From assembly GCA_951406725.2 (NCBI GenBank), contig OX597818.1:139810001-139874000 (forward strand): a stretch of DNA of 64,000 bases, written 5' to 3'. This document shows positions 12,111 through 24,370 of this stretch, in pieces (the stretch's first letter is position 1; each line of letters opens with the position of its first letter). Under the pieces are notes generated by a model. The model was not told the DNA's origin, did no database searches, and saw nothing but the letters and a program-made list of their open reading frames with translations. Source of the DNA: Octopus vulgaris (Eukaryota). A program made the translations under genes and the position numbers.

Positions 12111-13086
12111 CATATACATCATATATATACATATATATGTGTGTATGTTGGTGTATATTTATATGTATATCTGGTACACGCACATATGTATGTATACATA
12201 CATATATGTGTGAGTGTGACGCATATCTCTTTCTCTGTATATAAGTGCTCTGTGTGTAGCTGTATATATATATATGTGTGTGTGTCCCCTTCATGTATAC
12301 ATTCTTTCTTTATTTATTCATACGCGTTAGTGGTACATACATATACATCATATTAAATACATTTCCTAGTCGCTGATTCCTGCCACATTTTCTCTCCGTA
12401 ATTCCAGAGTTTAATAAATTCCTTATTCAACGTATTTGTCATTTTGTCAGATTTCTGAAGATTCCAATTAATGAGTCTTTTGTTGCAACGATGGAAATCT
12501 TAACACGGAACAACGGAAGTAAGTTTGCCGTTGGTGACGATTTATGCCAACCACAACGCGATGCATTTGTCTATTGAACAAGTCCGAGTCGAAATCGTAT
12601 CATATCCATAGAAATATCATCGGCTCTGTACGCACACACTTACGCACGCACAAACGCACACATAAGATCACACACACTTATACGTGCATATATATATATA
12701 TATATATATTCATATACACGCGCCCATTTAGACATACGAACGCACATCTGTATATATATATATAATGACAGAGTCACAGAGAAATATACACAACATGCGA
12801 GCACACACACATACATACATGGACACACGCATCATACACGCGCACGCACACACGCACACACACACAGATACACAGACACACACACACACAAACACACACG
12901 CACACACACACACACGTTCAGAAAGGAGCTTGTAGCGACATGTATAATCGCATATTAATGACAGGACAATAACAATAATAGCAATTCCACCACCAGCACC
13001 ACCACCACCACAAACAACAACAACAATGATATTATGGACACAGTGTTGACGTTTGAGGTTGTGGTTCTTCATCGTCTTCATATTCT

Positions 13087-13087
13087 T

Positions 13088-13118
<31 letters not shown>

Positions 13119-13445
13119 CCACCACCATCCTCATCATCATCATCATCATCACCATCACCATCATCATCATCACCATCACCATCCTCATCATCATCATCAT
13201 CACCATCACCATCATCATCATCACCATCACCATTACCATCACCATCATCATCATCACCATCACCATCACCATCATCATCATCATCATCATCATCATCACC
13301 ACCACCACCATCACCATCACCATCATCACCATAATCATCATCATCATCATCATCACCATCACCATCACCATCACCATCACCATCACCATCACATCACCAT
13401 CATCATCATCATCATCATCATCATCACCATCACCATCACATCACC

Positions 13446-13511
<66 letters not shown>

Positions 13512-13834
13512 TTTACTATTGATATTGTTGTTCATGCTGTTGCTGCTGTTTTCGCTGCTGTTTTCGCTGCGTGTAAATATCTTGGACGCGGTGTTATATG
13601 ATGACACAAACGATAATGGTGACAATGGCTTTAATAATGACAATCATGATGGCGATGATGATGATGGTGATTGAAGTGGTGCTATTGGTGGTGAGGTGAA
13701 AGTGGTGACAATTACTGCACCAACGACGACGTGGCCGACAGCAGCGATGAAAATGATGAAAATGATGAAGATGAGGAACAAAAAGCCAAACCCAAGTAGA
13801 GGAAGCAGCAGGGAAAAAGGTAGCAGTAGTAATG

Positions 13835-13895
<61 letters not shown>

Positions 13896-14048
13896 AAGTA
13901 GTAGTGGTAGAGGTAGTAGTAGTAGTAGTAGTAGTAGCAGTAGTTGTAGTAGTAGTAGTAATAGTAGTAGTAGTAGTAATAGTAGTAGTAGTAGTAGTAG
14001 TAATAGTAGTAATAGTAGTAGTAGTAATAGTATTATTATTATTATTAT

Positions 14049-14086
<38 letters not shown>
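13087..14086. repeat. Trinucleotide arrays (CAT/CAC)n and (AGC)n/(AGT)n
   Basis: Read directly; accounts for the poly-I/S/H/T/V ORFs. Confidence 0.97.
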
Positions 14087-14359
14087 AATGATGTCAGGGT
14101 GTTGTGGGGGGGGGTAAAAGTGGCAGATAAAGGATGGAGGTTAAGATGGGGGTGGGTGGAGGTAAAAATGAGGATATTAATCAACAATTTAACAGCTTTC
14201 AAAGAACAAGCAATCAAGGACGTGTTGCCGAGTTACCAATAATTGTGTTGTTAAGTAGAAAGAGAGAAATCATCTACGTGTAGATCGAAGCCAATAACAT
14301 TTACAATGATTGCAATCTAGCCTATGTATAGCATTAGTATCCTATGTGTATTTATAAGT

Positions 14360-14412
<53 letters not shown>

Positions 14413-14427
14413 ATATATGTATGTATG

Positions 14428-14480
<53 letters not shown>

Positions 14481-14720
14481 GTATATGTATTCACATACAC
14501 ATACATACACACATATATATCTATACACATATATACGTATAGGTAGGTAAATATATTTGGCGGAAACCGTTTGTAATAATGAATAATATTATCAAACGGT
14601 TATTACTGTTCCCTCCCAAGGTGATATCAGTAAGTACTCATATATTTATGTTATGTATCAAAGCTAATAATCTATCTTTATATGCATGTGTGTATGTGTG
14701 AGTGTATATATATATATATA

Positions 14721-14912
14721 TGCGTAGCCGTATTTCGTCTGTCGTTACATTCTGAGTTCAAATTCCGCCGAGGTCGACTTTGCCTTTCATCCTTTCGGGG
14801 TCGATAAATTAAGTACCAGTTTCGCACTGGGGTCGATGTAATCGACTTAATTCCATTGTCTGTCCTTGTTTGTCCCCTCTATGTTTAGCCCCTTGTGGGT
14901 AGTAAGGAAATA
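14721..14912 (+). mobile_element. SINE family B, young tail, 5' truncated, inside a (TA)n array
   Basis: Core plus tail TGTCTGTCCTTGTTTGTCCCCTCTATGTTTAGCCCCTTGTGGGTAGTAAGGAAATA. Confidence 0.9.
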
Positions 14913-14917
14913 TACAC

Positions 14918-14952
<35 letters not shown>

Positions 14953-14975
14953 TATATGCATGTGAATGTGTGTGA

Positions 14976-15037
<62 letters not shown>

Positions 15038-15047
15038 ACATATTATA

Positions 15048-15259
15048 CAGGAAGGGGACGCTGGAAAGTTCCAGGCTTTCGGTAGAAGAACATACAATAG
15101 GATCAGTTAATTATGATTTTATTCATTCCCCTCTCGGACTTACTTATTACAGCGGACTTTCAGTTTGTATAAGCCCTGTAAAAGTGCGCAGAATGTTGGC
15201 TCTCCAACAGGCATTTTGCGATACGCTTATAGCCAGGAACTTTGCAAGACCGCTTCGAG
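15048..15259. mobile_element. Mariner-type MITE (degenerate)
   Basis: Imperfect TIRs GAAGGGGACGCTGGAAAGTTCCAGGCT and AGCCAGGAACTTTGCAAGACCGCTTC, flanked by TA. Confidence 0.6.
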
Positions 15260-15715
15260 TATATATACATAATATATATATATTTATTTATACATAGAAA
15301 CATTTATATATTTGTATGTATATATATATATATGTATATAAATGTATATATGTGTGTGTGTCTTTGCGTGTGTGTGTGAAAGACAGGCCGCGATCTGGTA
15401 GATACTTTAGCACTCCGCAAAAGATAATTAGTAGCGTTTCATCCGTCTTCATATTCTGAGATCAAACGCAACCGAGCTCGATTTAATTGAGTCCTCTTCT
15501 CTCAAAGCTGCTGGTCCTGGACCGAAACTTGAAACGACACATACATAAATACATACATACATACAAACATACGTGCATACATACACTCACATACATACAT
15601 GTATACCTAGTTAATACGGAAGTACGTATGTTCATACATATATACACAATACATTTATACATACATGCATGATTACATACATGCATGCACACATACATAC
15701 ATACATGCATACATA

Positions 15716-15915
15716 CTTTGAATGGTATGCGTTTGCAATCCAGAAACAGGAAATATCAACCAAATACCTGATGCAGAAAAAAGGATTGTGATACAGGAAA
15801 AGGCAGTAAAATTTGACAACCGATGTAGACTTTGTGGAATAAAAACATCATAAGCATTTGTTCGAAAATGTAATCAGGCTACTATCTACTGAGGAGACAT
15901 AATGTTGCTAGAACA
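15716..15915 (+). mobile_element. R4/Dong-clade non-LTR retrotransposon fragment (zinc-knuckle region)
   Basis: Frameshifted translation FEWYAFAIQKQEISTKYL..KFDNRCRLCG..HIISICSKM..YYLLRRHNVA, matching the AIQEQ..CRLC..HIIS.C..RHD.V signature of RLE elements. Confidence 0.8.
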
Positions 15916-15998
15916 TGCATTACTGTTGAAAATCTTTTCAAATAAATGAAACCGGTTATGTTAATAACCGGTTTCAGACTCTCTTCTTTTTACATATG

Positions 15999-16074
<76 letters not shown>

Positions 16075-16123
16075 TATATATATATGTATGTATGTATGCA
16101 TGTATGTATGCATGTATGTATGC

Positions 16124-16174
<51 letters not shown>

Positions 16175-16402
16175 GTTCATTGTTTAAACCTCGCCAAGAT
16201 AAATATTTAAATCACCTGATGAATGACTGTAACTCGAAAATTTAAAGAAATTAACAGCCATGAAACGATCGTAGTGTGATATTAATTATATTATTTTAAT
16301 AATTTTGTTATATATTTAAATAATATAAATTAAATAATCTTATGTATTGGCTTAAGTTTTTCATTGTATGATTTGCCTAATAGTGGTTTTGTCTCTAATT
16401 TA

Positions 16403-16405
<3 letters not shown>
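16175..16405 (+). mobile_element. Penelope-like terminal repeat remnant between two (TA)n arrays
   Basis: Contains the hammerhead at 16213-16276. Its end GTTTTGTCTCTAATT recurs at 29162-29176. Confidence 0.55.
16213..16276 (+). ncRNA. Type-I hammerhead ribozyme with intact catalytic core
   Basis: Stem I cac(16213-15)/gtg(16274-76); CUGAUGA 16216-22; stem II atgactgt/acagccat (7 of 8 bp); GAAA 16262-65; palindromic stem III ACGATCGT 16265-72; GUA cleavage triplet ending at 16273. Confidence 0.75.
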
Positions 16406-16454
<49 letters not shown>

Positions 16455-17818
16455 GTGTACGCGCACGTTTCTGAATCTTTTCGAGCTAGAAATGGAAAGC
16501 ATAGCCGCAAGAGCGAAACATTTAGGTCAGGTCATGAATAATTCACATATCTTAACTTAAGTTGGAGTTAGGAAAAGGTTTACGATAAAATGAACCAAGT
16601 TTGAAGCAGAGGAGCTATATGCATGCATGTATGTATGTATGTATGTATGTATGTATGTATGTATGTATGTATGTATGTATGTATGCATGTATGTATGCAT
16701 GCATTATGTATGTATGCATTATGCATGTATGTGCCTATGTATGTATCTATGTATGCACGCACGCATGCATGTATGTATATACGTACGTACGTATGTATGT
16801 GTTTAGGTATGTACATGCCTACGTACGTATCTATATATGTATACATACGCATCTATATATGTATATATACGCACAACACAATGACGTGCATATTTATTTT
16901 TAATGCGCTCCGGCAGATTCCGACGTGAATATGTTGATCGTTATTGTATTTCGTCTTCGGAGAGAAACTATCCTTTCAGACGCTAGCTGTTCATGACACA
17001 CTCGATTCACTGCATGATGACACAAACACACGCACGCGCACGTACGCACAGGCATAGTACACACACACACACTCACACACGTGGCCAGAATCTCTTCTGC
17101 CCACTCGAATTTCTTTCAACAGATATTATCAAATGAGGACTTGCGAGTGGTTGTGAATGAAAAATGTGTTTAGTTTAAGTTATAAATTCTTCGCCATGTA
17201 TTAAATGCTTTCTTCTTCATTCAACTGCAAACCATACCAAAACGAGAAGCCATAGCTGATCTTAGTATATATTTCAATCATCTCTTTACACGGCAAAACT
17301 CCGAGTCTTCATCATTCACCTCCAACAATCTCGTAACTTAGCAAGCTTATCGATAAATATGTAAGGGAGGTAAATCTAAATTTTATGGCCTATAAATGCT
17401 TTATATATATGCGAACTTGGCGTATGTTTGTACATTTGTATTTTGAAGTTATGGCATATTTGTGTGCGTTCGCATATGCATGTGTCTATGTATGTTTATG
17501 TCAATAAGCTGTTTTAGTGTTTTGAATTCCTTTCATGTCTGAAGCACTGGAGTATGGAAATTAGTTTTCCATTCTTTTTTTTTTCTGGTGACAATTATGT
17601 ATAATATTTCTTTTATTGATGTTTAAAATACACACACACACACACGTATGCACAAGCACAGGCATGCGTGCACATGCAGGAGGCATGTTACATATGTATG
17701 TGTGAATGTTTTTCACATGCGCCTGAGTTTCTAATAGAATGCTTTTTTGCATTTTAATATGTTTATGCTGTTGTAAGAGATGAAGAATATATGCGCATGT
17801 GTTGACTACACATTAGAA

Positions 17819-18324
17819 ATATAAAACTGTAGTTGTGTGAGTGTCTGTCCCCTTCGATTTAGATTCCTAACTACTCCCACATTTAGCGGTGCAGTTTAAC
17901 CAAATTCGGGTATCTTATAGTCGTGATTCATATCGAGCCCGTCTGGCTATTAGCGCGCGTCTACGATGATTCTACGATTTTAAAAATAATTTAACATCAT
18001 TTTTTATTCCATTTTAATGCATAATTTTTCGTGTGTCGATGGCGGCGGAGTTGGCGTCCATGGTCACACCTGCACCTGTTTGCTTCTCCCCCTTCTTCCC
18101 TCCCTCATGAAGCTGTGGGGAAGGGAGTGTAAGGAAATCAACGTCGTAATGCGTTGTCAAGGAGACCAGCGTTCTTTTAGAACAACGACTTCATGGCTTG
18201 AAGACACCAAAACAGAAATGGCTAAGAAAGCCCGAATTGGCATCTATAAGGGAAGTAACTCTCTAAAAATGCTTATATAGTTATTTCCCTTACAAACCCG
18301 AGCAACGCCGGGCGATACTGCTAG
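17819..18324 (+). mobile_element. Non-autonomous Helitron
   Basis: 3' hairpin CCCGAGCAACGCCGGG (18297-18312) followed by CTAG|T. The 5' end TATAAAAC..GTGAGTGT resembles that of the 47402 element; the 5' TC is not visible. Confidence 0.75.
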
Positions 18325-18384
18325 TTAGAAATAAATCATACGATATAGTAGAGCACCATGTTTCGTTTAGTCTTGGTAAGCTAT

Positions 18385-18955
18385 TTGAGAGTAGAGAGGC
18401 AAGTTTTGTCTAGCGAATGTTTTAAAAAAAGATGGGTGAATGTAGCAAGGATGGCACGTATGAATGACGAAGCCACCTTGAGCATAATCCTATGAACCGA
18501 GAAATTGAAAACAGAGGGTTACCCACTTGCAAACAAATGTGGTAACATATAACAATATTGACCAAGGTTACCGTGGTCTTTTTCGTAGGCTTTTCTTCCC
18601 ACGGATAAACCTTACTTGCTTTCCCTTTACACCATATATCATAACACTGTGATACACGATCCCTATTGATCGTTTTTTTTTCCTCTTCCCCTTTTTTCCC
18701 CTTTTTTCTTCTTTTTTCATTTCTCTTTTCTTTTGTTCCTTTTCCTTTTTTTTTATTTTTCCTTTTTTCTTTTTTCTTTTATTTATTTATTTATTTTTTG
18801 TTCTTTTCTTCCCTTTTACGATCCCTCTTGATCGAAAACCTACGCCACCCCCTTTTTTGTTTCTTTTTTTTTTGTTTTTTTCATCCCCCAAAAGAAAAGC
18901 TCTACCTTGTAACTTGTCCCGTCTGTGTGCAGCCCTGTGTGGCCAATAAAGAAAC
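18385..18955 (+). mobile_element. 3' end of an L1/Tx1-type LINE (ORF2 C-terminus plus 3' UTR)
   Basis: LRVERQVLSSECFKKRWVNVARMARMNDEATLSIIL* (stop 18493-95), T-rich UTR with repeated ACGATCCCT.TTGATCG, AATAAA at 18945-50. The clade call rests on the R.E....F..RW pattern only. Confidence 0.6.
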
Positions 18956-19337
18956 TTATTTAATATTCTTAGAGCTTTTAATTTTGCAGCTACCGTTGTT
19001 TTTTTAGCAGAAACTTCCCAGATATCACATCTGCATTTTTAGGACATATAGTATAAATTCCTGGATTCCCATAGATTTTGTTCTGCTTTCTGAACAAATG
19101 CAGTTCACTAAATAAAATTTGAAGACGTTACTGTATTAACATGGTGAAATTTAATCAAAAGCGCTCATCAGAAACTGTATAAGGTAATTCCAAACATCCA
19201 CACTGAGGAATTACATAACTCGTTTTTGTAGATGTTTTTTCTGAGTGTGATACAACGAGACAAGCATGATTTAAAGACGTTATTGCGTGTTTATATTCAC
19301 AGGTTCATACATAATGCACTCGTATATGAATCCGTAT

Positions 19338-19746
19338 ACTCTTTTACTCTTTTACTTGTTTCAGTCTTGTGACGGTGGCCATGCTGGAGCACCGCCTTTA
19401 GTCGAGCAAATCGACCCCAGGACTTATTCTTTGTAAGCCTAGTACTTATTCTATCGGTGTCTTTTGCCGAACCGCTAAATTACGGGGACGTAAACACACC
19501 AGCATCGGTTGTCAAGCGATGTTCGGGGGACAAACGCAGACACATAAACATATACACACACATACATATACACATATATACATATATACGACGGGCTTCT
19601 TTCAGTTTCCGTCTACCAAATCCACTCACAAGGCTTTGGTCGGCCCGTGACTATAATAGAAGACACTTGCCCAAGGTGTCACGCAGTGGGACTGAACCCG
19701 GAACCATGTGGTTGGTAAACAAGCTACTTACCACACAGCCACTCCT
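19338..19746 (-). mobile_element. SINE family A copy
   Basis: Reverse complement of 1710-2110, with a (GAGTAAAA)-type tail. Confidence 0.9.
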
Positions 19747-20238
19747 ATGTATGTATGTATGTATGTATGTATGTATGTATGTATGTATGTATGTATGTAT
19801 GTATGTATGTATGTATGTATGTATGTATGTGTGTGTATTGTAGCTAAAATGGTACTCCTCTTTCCACGTGACAAAGCGGTATGATAGAGCCATAATAAAG
19901 TCAGACAATTAGACGAAAAACCGGTAAAATTATGGAAAACTGTTCGTGGGTCTAGTGGAGTTGCAAAAACAGCAATAACAATAAATCAAAGAACAACAAG
20001 AACAATAAAAATGCTACAACTAATGAAGTTGGTAAGAAAACTGAAAAATAGTTTTCGCCAGACCATGTAACAAATTCAGTAAATGAATTTAAATATGAAC
20101 CAGAAGAAGGAGTCACATTCGAGGCATATTACCGAAGATTTGGGACAAATTTTCGAAAAAGAATGCCAAGACTGGAGGGAGGAAATGAAAACACGTCTAA
20201 TTTTGAGGAAACTGGCGACGACAGAGCATGAGAAATAC

Positions 20239-20470
20239 CTATTTCTTTACTGCCCACAAGGGGCTAAACACAGAGAGGACAAACAAGGACAGACAAACGG
20301 ATTAAGTCGGTTATATCAACCACAGTGCGTAACTGGTACTTAATTTATCGACCCCGAAAGGATGAAAGCAAAGTCGACCTCGGCGGAATTTGAACTCAGA
20401 ACGTAACGGCAGACGAAATACAGCTAAGCATTTCGCTCGGCGTGCTAACGATTCTGCCAGCTCGCCGCCT
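20239..20470 (-). mobile_element. Full-length SINE family B (young tail) inserted in Gypsy gag
   Basis: 15-bp TSD GAGCATGAG(A/G)AATAC at 20224-20238 and 20474-20488; the gag reading resumes after it. Confidence 0.93.
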
Positions 20471-21426
20471 TTTGAGCATGAGGAATACTATAACTTTATA
20501 TTGTTCCCAAAAAGATTCTGACATAAATTTCACGGACACAATTGACATTTTATGTAAGATGTTCAGTTAAGAAATATCGTTATTCAACACACGTTGGAGG
20601 TGTTTGGACACGGAGAAAAGCGTTGACGAAGACTTTACTACATATGCGGGTAGAATGAACAGAGAGTGCGAGAGATTTAAACTGGGTAAACTAACTTCAG
20701 GCTCGTTCAAGTGCCTGGTTTTTTGTTCAGGGACTTATTCGCAAGATATGGCAGTCCAGACGTGATTATATATGATAATGGAACACGATGTGTGTCCATT
20801 GAATTTAGAAAATCCTCCGAAATGTCCATGGTAGAACATCAAAAGATAGCGCCAAACCATCCCAGATCAAATGACCAAGCAGAGCGTTTTGTGGACTCTT
20901 TTAAAAGAGCTTGAGAAAAGCAAACAAGGAAGCCACGGACGAAGTTGCTCTGCAGCAATTCCTGAGGGTATACAGGGTGACACCGAACCCCAGTACAACA
21001 GCAGAAAACTCACTAGCAGAACCGATTTTCGCGAGGAAGGTGAAATAAGTTTTTGATAAACAGTTACCTGGCGAGGAAAGAAAAAGTACCCGGAAAGTCA
21101 ATCCAAAATTTTCAAAAATGGGTGTCTACACGAGGTCGTATGAAAACGGAAAACAACACTGAGAAGGCAAAATTACAAAGTACATAAACAAATGGTGTAC
21201 GGAATTAATAGCAGAAAAGGTATAGAAAAAAGACACAGAAACCATTTGAAAAAGAGATTCATAGAAAATGAACCAGAGAGATTAGAAGAACCTGTGAATG
21301 GCTATAAGACACATTCCAGGTACAATCACCGTTACAGGTGGTTGAATCCACGCATACAAGTGGAAGAAAGACGAAGAACGCGGAGTTCTTACAAATAGAC
21401 GCAAAAAAGAAGAAAAATATATAGTT

Positions 21427-21495
21427 TCAACGGTGGTGCCCCAGCATGGCCGCAACTTTCAGGCTGAAACATTTTCAAGGATTTAAGGATTTAAG
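21427..21495 (+). mobile_element. Short RTE-like 3' end related to the SINE A tail
   Basis: GGTGGTGCCCCAGCATGGCCGCA..GCTGAAACA plus (AAGGATTT)n tail. Related fragments near 56560-56594 and 61848-61895. Confidence 0.6.
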
Positions 21496-22141
21496 ATGTC
21501 CAAAAAAAAAAAAACGCTAAAGAGGGAGGACGGGTGAATAAAGTAAAAGGAAATTATTTGATTCCCAAAGGAAAAAGAACTAAAAGGGGAGATATTGTGA
21601 AAATGGTGCACCCCTTCCCACGTGAAAAGTGTATGACAGCACCTCTCAGTCAATCGTTGTAGGAGGTCAGTAGTAGTAGAGTCGTGGTAAGAGTTCTCAG
21701 TTGGAGTCAGTGTGAGTTATGTGATATATACGAGTTCGAATTACCGTCAAGGTAGACGTTTCTAAGTCATTCGGGAGTTATCAACGATAGCACGATAGAC
21801 GAATCAAAGTTAATAAGATGCGGAATACGACTGCAACATATTACAGGTGACAATAATATAACAGTGCGGACAATAACATACAAGTGGACGAGGATCCACA
21901 TTATAACAGTATGTATGTATATTCATATATGTACATCTAGATATGTATATATATGTGTGTGGGGGGAATGTGTGCATATATATTTATATATATATGTGTT
22001 TGTGTATGTGTACATATACCTTAATGAACATATATATTTATATATGTATATACATACATATATATATACATATACACACACAACCACGCACTCATACGCA
22101 CGCACACACACACACACGCATACACACACACACACACACAG

Positions 22142-22180
<39 letters not shown>

Positions 22181-24124
22181 TATATATATATATATATTTA
22201 AATGTACACGAATGTATACACACACGCAGTGAATTCCGTGGTTTAGATACTATTTCTTGTTCTGATAATGTTCTTGCACTTCTTCACTAAATTGCTGTTC
22301 TTTTATTTCTTCTTTACCTCGTTATCACCTTCATCATCAACATCGTCGCTGTAGGTTTCCTCAATTTGATGTTGGGACAATTGACTAAACGAGTTATTCC
22401 TGTCTTTTCAATGATTCTGCTCTCTGTGCATAACGCAGTCACTTATCACTCAAACCATACCGACCAAGTAACAATGGCGAATAATAAGAAATGTAATACA
22501 GACGATTGAAAAAAAGCATATAATGACCACGCTGTATACTTGATGAATGTTAGCAGTAGTTTGAAGTCTGTATTTATTGTTAGTCGTTTTTTACTTGTAA
22601 TGAATGAAGCTTCTAAAGGTATGTCCTATTATTTCACATACAATGAAACAGTATCAGACAATGACGCAATACCAAATCATGGAATTGATGTATCGGATTT
22701 CGTAAAACATAATTGTGGTTTTTACCCATCATGTTTAAAGCATTGTAACTCAGCTCAAATTAGATAATATTAATCAAAATAGCAACCATTGGAATCTACA
22801 CATTTTTGCGAAAAAGAAATACGTCTATCTTTTCAGACAGCTTACAATTCCGGAGACCTGGAATCGATTAATCCTTTTGTATCATTTAAAACTGATGCTC
22901 TGTTTTCGAACACCATCTTTAGCAGGAACTTATAAGACGCTGGTAGAAATGATAGTCGATCGGAGAGATTGAGAAAGAGATGCATTGCGCGATTGGTTTA
23001 ATTTCTGCAGTCAATGCCAGACAAGTGGTCGTGTATTGCAAGAGATTATGCGGCCTTTTGTTTTGTAGTAACAATGCAAGACGTAGACATTGCAGTACGT
23101 CATGCGTTTTGTTGATTTTCTTACAATAATTTTCTGCTGTGATTCTTTTGACAGCACTCTTTTTGTTGTGGATGGTTTCACTTGCGCACCAAAAAACGCA
23201 TGACGATATTAATCTGTTGATACTCCATCGGCTTGGTAACATGTTTTGTTACTTCACTTCGATCTACTCACTAAGCGGTGCACAATCAGTTCATGTACCG
23301 AATTTCGTTTTTGTCGCAGGTCACAATGTACTCAAGAAATGAATTGATTTTATTCAAGCGCAGAAACGCAGACAGACTTTATAAAGGCGACATTATTTAG
23401 TCTTTCAATACATGCCTCACCCGTTTGCAGAGACGTTTTAGTTTACGTCCTGAAGGACAAGTTGAATTATCACCGTAAGGGCAACGTACCTGTGATTCCT
23501 CCCATTGTTGTTTTACTCTGGTCTGCTTCCTTGATGAATCTCACTTGATCAATATCAATTGCAGACTGCCGTCTGCAAAAGCTTTCCTTCTCAAAGCTCC
23601 TATCTTCCAAATTTATTTAAGAACGCTGAGCTGTACGTTATTGAACAATTTTCTGATTCGAATGTTTGATTACTATTGCAAGTATCTTCCTCTGTCCTAC
23701 ATTATATTTCGATCTCACAAAAATTGATTAAGTTATCTTTCTTATCTTTAATTGGACAGTTGAAAAGGAAACGCGAGTAAACAATGGCTGAAACAAAAAC
23801 TATAAATATTACTTCATATAGTGAAATAGTTGAAAATGTTATATCACATAAACTTAGCTAAAGATACGTTTATTTCAAAGTAAGCAGCAAACCGTGAAAC
23901 TAGCAAAAGTAAACACAATTATTTGTTTGTTGATACGTGCACATGATAATATTTCGTCGGTTTGGCAGATTTTAACACACAATAGTAAATGGTTCATTTG
24001 CTAAATTCTATAAACAATATGTAGCAATACTAATTTAGTTTAACAGTCCGTGGATTGCTTTGACTGAAGTGACACAACCAAATCTGAACACCATTGTATT
24101 TCAAAGTTCTCTTACCTCAATGAG

Positions 24125-24196
<72 letters not shown>

Positions 24197-24201
<5 letters not shown>

Positions 24202-24370
24202 ATCCAAACAAGAAAGCACAAAAAAAACACAACAAAGCGAGGACGTGGAACAAATATAGTATTATTGGACGTTCAGGAAAGAAGGAAAGAAGGAGGGTTT
24301 AACGTTTCGAGCGGAGCTCTTCATCGGAAACATAGAAGGAAAGATCCAGAGAAGGGAAGACAGCAATTGA
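24197..24370 (-). mobile_element. Penelope-like terminal repeat remnant abutting a (TA)n array
   Basis: Carries the minimal hammerhead at 24297-24331 and ends at the (TA)n run 24128-24197. Confidence 0.55.
24297..24331 (-). ncRNA. Minimal type-I hammerhead ribozyme variant (U4C)
   Basis: Minus strand guuu CCGAUGA a gagc ucc gcuc GAAA C GU U aaac: 4-bp stem I, 4-bp stem II, palindromic ACGU stem III. Confidence 0.65.

Larger units (their letters stand above)
19839..21845 (+). mobile_element. Decayed, internally deleted Ty3/Gypsy LTR retrotransposon
   Basis: gag remnant (NEFKYEPEEGVTFEAYYRR..KTRLILRKL..SLFNTRWRCL..DFTTYAGRMNRECERFKL..FKCLVF) joined to an integrase core (LFARYGSPDVIIYDNG..PNHPRSNDQAERFVDSFKRA..LQQFLRVYRVTP). 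PPT AAAAGGGGAGA at 21582-92; 3' LTR about 21593-21845 ending in ACA; truncated homologous LTR start at 19839. Confidence 0.88.

Noticed and set aside
13034-14242. Poly-His/Ile/Ser/Thr/Val ORFs, and all YI/HT/CV/MYVC-type ORFs elsewhere
   Set aside because: Translations of simple repeats that lack stops by construction.
22837-23068. Frame after a TTTTCAG acceptor interrupted by a single TGA (possible Sec or A-to-I recoding)
   Set aside because: No homology, no SECIS-like element seen, and other frames look equally plausible.
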